A stretch of 64,000 nucleotides of DNA from Spirochaetota bacterium (GCA_965205605.1 CBDBHE010000007.1:544001-608000); one strand, 5' to 3'. Shown: positions 21,523-29,852, counted from the first letter of the stretch. Notes: a model not told the origin generated them from the letters alone. Translations and numbers: made by a program.

Positions 21523-22581
21523 TTAATCAAGTATTCCCCCTTTTAAATTAATCAATAAAGGTTTGAAATTTTTATTTTTTAAGATTTCAATAGCTCTGAC
21601 GCTACGCGAAGCAGATTTACAGTAGACTACTAAATCTTTATTTTGGGGTATTTCTGCAATTCTACTTTTAAGCTCATCTAGGGGAATGTGTTGTCCGCCA
21701 ATATTAAATTGTTGCCGTTCACCATTTGTACGCACATCTAGTAAATTATATTTCTTGGGTTGTTTTTTTAGTTCTTCCTTTGTAATTTCTTTATTATTTT
21801 TGTGTAAGGGACAAAAACCCCCATCATTATTATCTAGGGTTTCAATTTTAATATTTTCATTTTTTTCAAAACTGAAAATACATTGTTGCATTGACAAAGC
21901 ATTATAAATTAATAATTTTCCTGATAATACCTTGCCTATCCCACAAATCATTTTGAGTACTTCATTGGCTTGAAGGGTCCCTATGATACCTGGCAATACT
22001 CCAAGCACCCCTATTTGTGAGCAATTGGGCATCTTATTGGGCTTGGGCGGATTTGGATATAAGCATCGGTAAGTTGGGCCATTTTTATAGTTGAATACCG
22101 ATACTTGCCCTTCAAATTTAAATATTGATCCAAATACTAAGGGTTTATTTGTGAGTAGAGCGGCATCATTTACTAAGTAACGTGTTGGGAAATTATCACT
22201 TCCATCTACAATGATATCGTAGTTATTAAATAATTCGATAGCATTTTTAGGAGTTAATTTTTGTGTATAAACTTGAAAATTGACAAACGGGTTTAAGGCG
22301 ACTAATCTTTGAGTGGCAATTTTAACTTTAAATTGACCAATATCACTTTGTGTATACAAAACTTGACGTTGTAAATTACTTTGATTTATTTTATCATCAT
22401 CGATCATACCAATGGTGCCAACACCTGCTGCAACGATATATTGCAATATTGGGCATCCCAATCCTCCTGCCCCAATAACCAAAACTTTGGCTCCTTTTAG
22501 TTTTTTTTGACCAAGCTCGCCAATTTCATCTAAAATAAGATGACGGTTATATTGTTTTTTTTCCTCGGGTGATAGCTTCAT
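21523..22581 (-). CDS. thiF: ThiF/MoeB adenylyltransferase fused to a rhodanese domain (MoeZ-type)
   Basis: YNRHLIL, GAGGLG, SNLQRQ, DGSDNF, YRCLYP..NCSQIGVLG, C-terminal rhodanese DVRT..VVYCKSASRS. Start moved to the ATG at 22581 just after the thiH stop. Confidence 0.85.
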   Translation of the reverse strand: MKLSPEEKKQYNRHLILDEIGELGQKKLKGAKVLVIGAGGLGCPILQYIVAAGVGTIGMIDDDKINQSNLQRQVLYTQSDIGQFKVKIATQRLVALNPFVNFQVYTQKLTPKNAIELFNNYDIIVDGSDNFPTRYLVNDAALLTNKPLVFGSIFKFEGQVSVFNYKNGPTYRCLYPNPPKPNKMPNCSQIGVLGVLPGIIGTLQANEVLKMICGIGKVLSGKLLIYNALSMQQCIFSFEKNENIKIETLDNNDGGFCPLHKNNKEITKEELKKQPKKYNLLDVRTNGERQQFNIGGQHIPLDELKSRIAEIPQNKDLVVYCKSASRSVRAIEILKNKNFKPLLINLKGGILD

Positions 22582-22582
22582 C

Positions 22583-23695
22583 TTATTGCCAATTATTCTC
22601 CCAATCTTTCCAAACAACTTCTAGTCCTTTGTCTTTTAGCATTTCCAAAACCTCTTCTGTGCTGCGTTCATCAGATACCTCAAATTGTTCTAATGATTTT
22701 AGTTCTACTTGATAGCCACCAGGGTTTGTTTTAGATCCTGCACTCATTGAGGTAATGCCTAAATTAACGATGTTATTTCGAAATACTTCACTTTCTCGTG
22801 TAGAGATAGATAATTCTACATCTTCATCTAATAATCTAAATGCACATATTAATTGCACCAAATCAGAATCTGTCATGTCTATTTTTGGTTCTAATTCACC
22901 CCAGTGGGGTCGTAACCTTGGAAATGAAATGGAGTATTTCGTTTTCCAATAAGTCTTTTGTAAGTACTTTAAGTGTAAAGCTGTAAAAAAACTATCCGCC
23001 TTCCAATCTTCTAAACCTAATAAAACCCCTAATCCTATTTTATGCACACCTGCTTTGCCTAATCTATCGGGAGTATCTAAACGATAATCAAAATTAGATT
23101 TCTTACCTTTGGGGTGATGTTTTTTATATTCTTCCCTATGATAAGTTTCTTGGTATACCAATACAGCGTACAAACCATTGTTTATTAATTGCTCATATTC
23201 GCCTTGATTTAGAGGTTGTACTTCTATAGTGATGTTAGAAAAATACGAACGAATCAGTTTTAATGCGTTATTAATGTAATTAACACCCACTGTTTTGTTT
23301 GCTTCACCTGTTACTAATAAAATATGGTCATACCCTTTTGATTTAAGATACTTGATTTCTTTTAAAATTTCGGCATTAGTTAAGGTTTTGCGTGAGATTT
23401 GATTGGTTAAACTAAATCCACAATAAGTACATATATTTTGACACTCATTACTTAAATACATTGGGGAATACATTTGCATCGTATTTCCAAAACGTTTTTT
23501 TGTTAAGTGCTTGCTCAACTGTGCCATCTGTTCTAAATAAGGTTTAGCTACCGGCGATACAAATGCCTTAAAATCCTCTAAATCGCGTTTGGACTTTGCA
23601 AGTGCTTTTAAAACATCATTTTCCGTTTTGTTAAAAATACTTTCTAGAACGAGGCCCCAATCATAAGTATCAAATATCTCTTTAAATGAACCCAT
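22583..23695 (-). CDS. thiH: 2-iminoacetate synthase (radical SAM)
   Basis: PMYLSNECQNICTYCGF, YQETY, SISFPRLRP, SAGSKTNPGGY, EQFEVSDER, VWKDW. Confidence 0.95.
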   Translation of the reverse strand: MGSFKEIFDTYDWGLVLESIFNKTENDVLKALAKSKRDLEDFKAFVSPVAKPYLEQMAQLSKHLTKKRFGNTMQMYSPMYLSNECQNICTYCGFSLTNQISRKTLTNAEILKEIKYLKSKGYDHILLVTGEANKTVGVNYINNALKLIRSYFSNITIEVQPLNQGEYEQLINNGLYAVLVYQETYHREEYKKHHPKGKKSNFDYRLDTPDRLGKAGVHKIGLGVLLGLEDWKADSFFTALHLKYLQKTYWKTKYSISFPRLRPHWGELEPKIDMTDSDLVQLICAFRLLDEDVELSISTRESEVFRNNIVNLGITSMSAGSKTNPGGYQVELKSLEQFEVSDERSTEEVLEMLKDKGLEVVWKDWENNWQ

Positions 23696-23697
23696 CT

Positions 23698-24468
23698 TTA
23701 ATCGTTCAAAAAACTTGTTAATGGACTACTTGCCTCAGCATCTTGTTTTATGGGTGCTAATTTTGCCTTATAGGCTATTCTACCTGCTACAACTGCCATT
23801 TTAAATGCTTTTGCCATTTCGATTGGTTGCTTAGACACCGCTATAGCGGTGTTAACTAAAACAGCATCGGCTCCTAACTCCATCGCATGTGCCGCATGAG
23901 ATGGGCTGCCTATTCCTGCGTCTACAATAACGGGTACATTACTTTGATCTATTATTATCTCTAGAAACTCCAATGTTTTTAATCCTTTATTGCTTCCAAT
24001 TGGGGCTCCCAAAGGCATCACGCACGGTGTCCCTATTTCTTCTAGTCGTTTGCATAACACAGGATCTGCATGAATATATGGCATTACTACAAACCCTAAT
24101 TTTACTAATTCTTCAGTAGCTTTTAAAGTTTCTATCGGATCTGGAAGCAAATATTTAGGATCTGGGTGTATTTCTAATTTTATCCAGTTAGTCTCTAAAG
24201 CTTCTCTAGATAATTGTGCTGCAAAAATGGCTTCCTTTGCATTGCGAACTCCTGACGTATTGGGTAATAAATTAATTTTTGGGTGATTTAAATGTGCCAA
24301 AAAATCGTCTTTTTTATCTTGAAGTTCAACACGTTTAAGTGCCACGGTAATGAGTTCACTTTCGGAGGTCAATAGTGCTTTTTTCATTAATTTACATGAG
24401 CTAAATTTCCCTGTTCCTGTAAATAATCTTGAATTAAACTCTTTCTCTGCTATTTTTAATGTATCCAT
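23698..24468 (-). CDS. thiG: Thiazole synthase
   Basis: [43 protein letters not shown]. Confidence 0.97.
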   Translation of the reverse strand: MDTLKIAEKEFNSRLFTGTGKFSSCKLMKKALLTSESELITVALKRVELQDKKDDFLAHLNHPKINLLPNTSGVRNAKEAIFAAQLSREALETNWIKLEIHPDPKYLLPDPIETLKATEELVKLGFVVMPYIHADPVLCKRLEEIGTPCVMPLGAPIGSNKGLKTLEFLEIIIDQSNVPVIVDAGIGSPSHAAHAMELGADAVLVNTAIAVSKQPIEMAKAFKMAVVAGRIAYKAKLAPIKQDAEASSPLTSFLND

Positions 24469-24472
24469 TTTT

Positions 24473-25111
24473 TTAATGGTTTACTAAAAACGATCTATCT
24501 TTAGATTGTTCTATTATTTTTTTTATTTCAACAGTTGATCTATTTGATATTAATCCAGAAACAGCTATTCCAAAAATACCAGACTTGTATAGATCTTTAA
24601 AATCAGCTGTAGTAATTCCACCTACTCCATAAATAGGTAGTTGACATCCTTTATTTTTTATTGTTGAAATAATTTTTTTGTAACCATTAATTCCTAGCAT
24701 CGGACTTAAATTTTTTTTTGTGTTAGTAAATCTAAGCGGTCCCAAACCAATATAATCCACTCCTTGATTTATTAAGGAGACACAATCTTCTAGTGTATTT
24801 GCTGTCCCTCCAATGATAGATTCGTTTAATATTATCTTTTTAGCTTCTAGGATACTCATATCATTTTTTCCTAAATGGACTCCATCTGCTTTTACAGCTT
24901 TGGTTACTTTAGCGTTGTCATTGATAATTAACTTTGCTCCAAAATTCCTGCATATCTTTTTTGCTTCTTTTGCAATAGAGATGTAGGTTTTTTCGGGACT
25001 TTTTTTCACTCTTAATTGCACCAATTTACAGCCTGCTTCACAAACTTTTTGAATATTTTTTAAATGTTCCTCCGGGTTTTTCCCCTGTGATATGTAGTAT
25101 AATTTATCCAT
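24473..25111 (-). CDS. thiE: Thiamine-phosphate synthase
   Basis: [36 protein letters not shown]. Confidence 0.92.
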   Translation of the reverse strand: MDKLYYISQGKNPEEHLKNIQKVCEAGCKLVQLRVKKSPEKTYISIAKEAKKICRNFGAKLIINDNAKVTKAVKADGVHLGKNDMSILEAKKIILNESIIGGTANTLEDCVSLINQGVDYIGLGPLRFTNTKKNLSPMLGINGYKKIISTIKNKGCQLPIYGVGGITTADFKDLYKSGIFGIAVSGLISNRSTVEIKKIIEQSKDRSFLVNH

Positions 25112-25178
25112 GATGGCCCAATAAATTTTTATTTGAAGACAAAATCTTTTCTGTATATTTTTTCCTTCTGTGACATGC
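25104..25178 (-). pseudogene. thiD: C-terminal stub of ThiD (HMP/HMP-P kinase)
   Basis: Translates [24 protein letters not shown], resembling the remembered flavobacterial ThiD end (AC..AK.YTEK.L.SN..LLG.H). Its stop overlaps the thiE ATG, as expected for thiD-thiE coupling. Confidence 0.6.
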
Positions 25179-25183
25179 TGACC

Positions 25184-25388
25184 CTAGATAAAGAAGCATA
25201 CAAAAAAAAACAAAAGAGAAGGGAAAAAAAGGCTAAAACCAATACAAACTCTAAAAGAAAGCTTTAAAAAAAATAGTATTCTCTATTTTGAGCGTTGAAC
25301 GCAATGTATATTTACCAAAAGTTACTACTATCATTTAAATATAGGGTAGACATCACTTTAACATTATTTGACTTTTATAAGTGGTAAA
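25184..25388. repeat. Copy B of the ~200 bp direct repeat, between divergent thiE and thiS
   Basis: Similar to 21034-21231; perfect 44 bp match at 25345-25388. Confidence 0.9.
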
Positions 25389-25397
25389 GTGTACAAT
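25368..25397 (+). promoter_or_regulatory. Putative sigma70 promoter for thiS
   Basis: TTGACT-18 bp-TACAAT ending 37 bp before the thiS ATG; its -35 lies within the duplicated core. Confidence 0.5.
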
Positions 25398-25434
25398 TCG
25401 TTCAAAGTAGGGAGTTAGTTCTAATATTAAATTT

Positions 25435-25638
25435 ATGACACTAGTAACTGTAAACAATATAGCACATCAATTTTCAAAAATAGTCACATTGAAAGAAATC
25501 CTTGAGCAATTAAAAGTTTCTCAAAGCGGAATCGCTGTAGCCATAAATAAAAACATCATTTCGAAAACAGCATGGGCAAACACCCAAGTGAATAACAAAG
25601 ATGATATTTTGATTATAAAAGCAACTCAAGGGGGATAA
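25435..25638 (+). CDS. thiS: Sulfur carrier protein ThiS
   Basis: 67 aa, GIAVAIN..II.K..W, ends ILIIKATQGG with the C-terminal GG. Confidence 0.95.
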   Translation: MTLVTVNNIAHQFSKIVTLKEILEQLKVSQSGIAVAINKNIISKTAWANTQVNNKDDILIIKATQGG

Positions 25639-25703
25639 TCAATGATGGTATTTAAAAATTAGTGAAGTCTAAATGACTTTAAAGCAAAACGCTAATAGCT
25701 ATT

Positions 25704-25981
25704 ATGAAGAAAAAAGCCATTCGAAGATCAATTTAATTTAGGTTTAGATTCACAGCTGGTTTGGGAATACTACGATAAAACTTTACTAGCAGCGGGAGCT
25801 AAAAGAGTATCCTTTGGTTCTATGCGTGGATCCAAAATTCTGCTTCATGAAAAGATCTCAAAAAATAAGTGATTTTGCCATAAAAAATGACATCGTGGAT
25901 CTTAAAGTTGTCGTCAAAGGGAGGAAAGGTAAAATTCAAAAAATTAAAGAAAAAGAAAGCAAAATTGATCTACAAGCTTAA
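25704..25981 (+). pseudogene. thiC: thiC relic: a few start codons joined to a decayed C-terminus
   Basis: MKKKA, then out of frame FEDQFNLGLDSQLVWEYYDKTLLAAGAKRVSFGSMRGSK / FCFMKRSQKISDFA..NDIVD..KEKESKIDL. Compare ThiC WEDQFNLGLDP..A.EYHDETLP..GAK.AHFCSMCGPKFCSMKISQ. Two Fe-S cysteines are lost. Confidence 0.88.
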
Positions 25982-26032
25982 TGCCAAGGTACTTAATTCG
26001 TTTAAGAGTTTTAGTATTAAAACAAACAAACG

Positions 26033-26626
26033 ATGCTAATAGTTCTTACATCAGAGCAAGAAATAGAAAATGAAGCCATCCTTATTGATCAATTATTTAA
26101 CAATGGATTGCAATCACTTCATTTGCGTAAGCCTAATTTTAATAGTCATCATTATTTAAAATTATTAAACCAAATTAACCCTAAGTATTATAGCCAAATT
26201 ATGATTCATCAACGCCTCGATTTATGTTTCAAATTTAAGCTAAAAGGAATTCATCTACAAGAACAAACACGATTAAATTTAGGAGAAAAATTAAAAACTT
26301 ACGTGAATGAATATCAAAGTAAAAATTATACGGTGAGTAGCTCTTTTCATGAATTACAAGCTTTAGAAAGGTGTCCCGTTAATTTTGATTATCACTTACT
26401 AAGCCCGGTGTTTTCATCCATCTCTAAACAAGGTTACAAGTCAAGAAAATTTGATGTTAATCATATCCCTAAAAATATTATAGGTATCGGAGGGATAACA
26501 GCTGAGACTATCAAAGAAACAGTTTCTTTAGGGTACCAAGGAGTAGGAATTTTAGGAGCAATTTGGAACACAAAAAATCCTATTGAAAGCTTCAAAAAGA
26601 TTTATTTAAAATATAGCGAGAGTTGA
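26033..26626 (+). CDS. TenI/ThiE-like protein (thiamine phosphate synthase family, Bacteroidetes type)
   Basis: LHLRKP, GIHL.E, SSSFH, Y.LLSPVFSSISKQGY, IGIGGI; position directly after thiC. Confidence 0.85.
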   Translation: MLIVLTSEQEIENEAILIDQLFNNGLQSLHLRKPNFNSHHYLKLLNQINPKYYSQIMIHQRLDLCFKFKLKGIHLQEQTRLNLGEKLKTYVNEYQSKNYTVSSSFHELQALERCPVNFDYHLLSPVFSSISKQGYKSRKFDVNHIPKNIIGIGGITAETIKETVSLGYQGVGILGAIWNTKNPIESFKKIYLKYSES

Positions 26627-26793
26627 AAAATAATTTAATGTAAAAATCAGTATTGTTGAAAATTAAAACCTTCTTAATAATTTATTTGATAGGCTGTTTT
26701 ATGCATTAAAAACTCTCAGCAAGCTACCAAAACATTATTTAAGCTTTACTTTAGAAGTGTCTTGTTTTTTTTTGATGCAATTCGTTTTGGCAT

Positions 26794-27420
26794 TTATGCA
26801 TTTAGATGGAGCCCGCATTCTCTTTTTTCTAGTACTTTTGTTGGATCATAATAATTAGTTTCATTTTCAAGATGATTTTTTTTTAAAAATATACCCATCT
26901 CTTTTTTTGTATAATAAAAAAAAGGATTGATTTTAATCATTCCATTTCTTTCAGCTACTAAAATGTTTAAAGTTTCTCTAAAAGGAGTTTGTTCTTTTCT
27001 AAGGGAAGTAAGCCATAAAGTAGGCTTAAAAGTGTCAAGGGCTCTGTTAAAAGGTTCGAGTTTGACTTCTTTGGTAAAGTTTTTGTGTTGTTGTTCGTTT
27101 TCTAAAGAAGGGATTCCTCCTAAAGCAGCTTCTCTATAAGCACGTGTAATTTTAGGTGTAAAAATAGCCACGTTGAGTTTCATTGTTTCCGTGGTTTTCT
27201 TTGCAAACTGATAGGTTTCTTTTGTATTGTAGCCATGGTCGATCCAAATAACAGGGATTTCTTTTCTTACACTTGTTGCTAAATAAAGTAAGCATGCTTC
27301 ATAAGGTCCAAAATGGGTGCTAAGAATACTTTTTTTACTTTCTTTTAAATGGAAAGTCCACTTGATAATTTCTTCAGCTGTTTTATTTTTTAAGTTTTTA
27401 TTTTCAATAGATAGCTTCAA
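26794..27420 (-). CDS. cysH: (P)APS reductase, short form without Fe-S cysteines
   Basis: PVIWIDHGY, VKLEPFNRAL, RKEQT.FR, KINPF, C-terminal RECGLH; TTG start with AAGGAG RBS. Confidence 0.88.
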   Translation of the reverse strand: MKLSIENKNLKNKTAEEIIKWTFHLKESKKSILSTHFGPYEACLLYLATSVRKEIPVIWIDHGYNTKETYQFAKKTTETMKLNVAIFTPKITRAYREAALGGIPSLENEQQHKNFTKEVKLEPFNRALDTFKPTLWLTSLRKEQTPFRETLNILVAERNGMIKINPFFYYTKKEMGIFLKKNHLENETNYYDPTKVLEKRECGLHLNA

Positions 27421-27436
27421 TGATTTTCTCCTTTTT

Positions 27437-28183
27437 TTAAATGGTTTTACAAATAAGACATTGATTATTTTTTTTTATTTTAATTTTTTTAAAATTCATC
27501 TCTAACGTATTGATCATAAATAAAGTATTGGTTAAAGGCTGAGCGCAATGGGTCAAATATTTAATAGTTTCAGTTGCTTGAATGCTCCCGATAATGCCGA
27601 CAACAGGTCCAAGTACCCCTTGAGTGTTACAAGAAAGCATTTCTTTTTTAAACGGCAACTTTGGAAATACACATCGATAACAAGCTGTTTTTCCTGGAAT
27701 AATGGTCATGATTTGCCCATCAAAACCAAGGACACTAGCTAAAGAAAATGGTTTGTTGTTTTTAACACAAGTTTGATTAAGTAAATCTTTTGTTTTAAAA
27801 TTATCACTGCCATCTACAATGAAATCGTAATGATGAATGATTTTATGGGCATTCTTTTCATTAAGATTATCATCAATGATGTTGATTTTACAAAGAGGAT
27901 TAAGAGCTTTTAATTTTTTTTGAGCCAAAAAAATTTTTTTTTCTCCTATGTCTTTGCTCTGATAGAGAATCTGTCGTTGTAGATTAGAGAGCTCAATTTT
28001 GTCTTTGTCAATTAGTCCCAGAGTTCCAATGCCACTTGCTGCTAAATATAAAGAAGTGATCGATCCTAATCCACCGACTCCTATGATTAGCACTTTGGCC
28101 TTAAAAAGTTTTTGCATTCCTATTTTACCAATGTTTTTTAAAGTTAAATGTTTTTCAAAGCGATTTTTAAAATTTGGATTCAT
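27437..28183 (-). CDS. HesA/MoeB/ThiF-family adenylyltransferase without rhodanese
   Basis: GVGGLG, LSNLQRQ, DGSDNF, CYRCVFP, SC..QGVLG, terminal CLIC zinc site. Start taken at the ATG at 28183. Confidence 0.88.
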   Translation of the reverse strand: MNPNFKNRFEKHLTLKNIGKIGMQKLFKAKVLIIGVGGLGSITSLYLAASGIGTLGLIDKDKIELSNLQRQILYQSKDIGEKKIFLAQKKLKALNPLCKINIIDDNLNEKNAHKIIHHYDFIVDGSDNFKTKDLLNQTCVKNNKPFSLASVLGFDGQIMTIIPGKTACYRCVFPKLPFKKEMLSCNTQGVLGPVVGIIGSIQATETIKYLTHCAQPLTNTLFMINTLEMNFKKIKIKKNNQCLICKTI

Positions 28184-28208
28184 TTTTGTTTTTTTTATAA
28201 AAAAAAAT

Positions 28209-28664
28209 TTAAATATAATAAACATTCTCTTTTGATTTGAGAGACATTGCTTTAAAAGATTGATGAAGCTCTTCCAAGGTTTTACTTTCTAAGAATTCTT
28301 TTAATGGTTTATTGGCTTCATTTAAAAAATGAGCGATGACTTTAGTGGCATTTTTTGATTCTATTTTACTGTTGTTTTTTTCTTTAATAAAAGCCCAATC
28401 AATAGGGCCATCGATGAGCTCGATCATTTCTTTTAAAGAAATTTCTTTTGCATTTTTTTTAAGGAAATAACCCCCATTAGGTCCTTTTTTACTATCGATA
28501 TAGCCTGCTTTTTTAAGATCGAGTAAAATATTTTGTAAAAATTTCATGGGAATGTTTTGTTTGATAACTGTTTTTTTAATTTGAATAGGGTTTTGTTTAT
28601 TTTCATTAGAATAAAAATCTAATAAACACTTAATGGCATAGTAACATTTTTGAGAAAGTTTCAT
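28209..28664 (-). CDS. Rrf2-family regulator (CymR-like, heads the cys cluster)
   Basis: MKLSQK..YA, QNIP.KFLQNILLDLKKAG.I.SKKGPNGGYFL, IDGP; lacks the IscR three-Cys Fe-S motif. Confidence 0.9.
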   Translation of the reverse strand: MKLSQKCYYAIKCLLDFYSNENKQNPIQIKKTVIKQNIPMKFLQNILLDLKKAGYIDSKKGPNGGYFLKKNAKEISLKEMIELIDGPIDWAFIKEKNNSKIESKNATKVIAHFLNEANKPLKEFLESKTLEELHQSFKAMSLKSKENVYYI

Positions 28665-28748
28665 TTTATAGTCAATATTTTCTACTTGTATTGTAGATTT
28701 ATTTATTTATTTTTACAATGATATTTTTTTATGAGACAAAGATAGGTT

Positions 28749-28776
28749 TTGAATTTTTAAAAAGAAATATTATAAT
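28749..28776 (+). promoter_or_regulatory. Putative sigma70 promoter of the tRNA cluster
   Basis: TTGAAT-16 bp-TATAAT, 19 bp before tRNA-Arg. Confidence 0.6.
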
Positions 28777-28795
28777 GGCACTTTAAAGCAAAAAA

Positions 28796-28869
28796 GCGCC
28801 AATAGCTCAGCTGGATAGAGCAACTGCCTTCTAAGCAGTAGGTCGGAGGTTCGAATCCCCCTTGGCGTG
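28796..28869 (+). tRNA. tRNA-Arg(UCU)
   Basis: GCGCCAA/TTGGCGT acceptor, ACTGC-CTTCTAA-GCAGT anticodon arm, GTTCGAAT; no CCA. Confidence 0.95.
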
Positions 28870-28923
28870 ATTTTTTTTATTTAATTTTAATAATAGATAA
28901 AAAAATAATTTATAAAAGAAGAT

Positions 28924-28996
28924 GGCGAGTGTAGTTCAGTGGTAGAGCGCCAGATTGTGGTTCTGGTTGTCGTGGGTTCGAATCCCATCACTCGCC
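28924..28996 (+). tRNA. tRNA-His(GUG)
   Basis: G-1 plus GCGAGTG/CACTCGC-C acceptor, CCAGA-TTGTGGT-TCTGG anticodon arm; no CCA. Confidence 0.95.
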
Positions 28997-29011
28997 TTTT
29001 AATTTTTTTTA

Positions 29012-29085
29012 GCGGCTGTAGCTCAGTCGGATAGAGCATCTGACTTCGGATCAGAGGGTCGTGGGTTCGAATCCTTCCAGCCGCG
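29012..29085 (+). tRNA. tRNA-Arg(UCG)
   Basis: GCGGCTG/CAGCCGC acceptor, TCTGA-CTTCGGA-TCAGA anticodon arm; no CCA. Confidence 0.95.
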
Positions 29086-29244
29086 TTTGTTTTTTTTTAA
29101 TTTGTTCAAATAAAATTAAAAAACTATATTTTATTTAAATCTGATTTTGATTTTTCTTATTTTAAAATCATTTGTTATGTTTCAACTAGATAATAAGAAA
29201 ATAATAATATCTTCTCTTAGAAGATTCAAAGATTCAAAAATAAT

Positions 29245-29785
29245 TTGAGAATTATTGGAAACCACACGGTATTTCAAGCGTGTTTGTTATTCTTTCCCCA
29301 ACATTGCTCTTTTAAGGGTCTAGTTGCTTTTGGTAATGAAATGGCTCTTCTTCCTGTAGCCAAGCCTTTGCATGCCACTTATTTCTACAATTTCGTTCAA
29401 AGGCTCCTATTTGTTTCCATTAAAAATGCTCTGAGTTCGCATCCAAACTTAGTCGAGTGGCACCATTACTTGCAAGCTACTTTGGAAGCAATCTTTTTCG
29501 TGGCTTAAAAAGCCAAAATTTATTGTAAAATTTTTAGTAAAACAAAACAAAGTTTCTGCTAATCAGTTTCACAATACCTTTTTCACAAAAATTCGATATA
29601 TTCATGATACTAAATTTTCGAGTTACATCAGCAAGCACTACAATTCTCTTAAAAAATCGCAACTTTTAGATTTAAAAAAACAATACAATATTCGCTATTA
29701 TGTTGTGCATAAAAGTCGTCCTCCACTGTCTTTAAAGCTTGTTTTCATTTGGAAAAAAGAATATTACAACGTTTATCAATTGTAA
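29245..29785 (+). pseudogene. Fragmented gene, C-terminus of a DUF6798-like membrane protein
   Basis: Pieces in different frames: ..QRLLFVSIKN..NLVEWHHYL.. and ..LLDLKKQYNIRYYVV..KKEYYNVYQL*, separated by stops and frameshifts. Confidence 0.4.
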
Positions 29786-29852
29786 AAGAATATTTTTAAT
29801 GGTAACTATATATCTTGTTCTAACAAAAAAAAAATAAAAGGAGTGTTTTTTT

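Noticed and set aside
21128-25414. Simple inversion or composite transposon explaining the thi gene order
   Set aside because: Flipping between the 20 bp IRs does not restore the canonical thiS-C-tenI-D-E-G-H-F order, and there is no transposase, recombinase or target-site duplication.
25300-25434. TPP riboswitch upstream of thiS (GTAGGGAG resembles the aptamer 3' end)
   Set aside because: No CTGAGA or ACCTGA core motifs and no P2/P3 stems are visible; the segment is explained by the repeat/IR.
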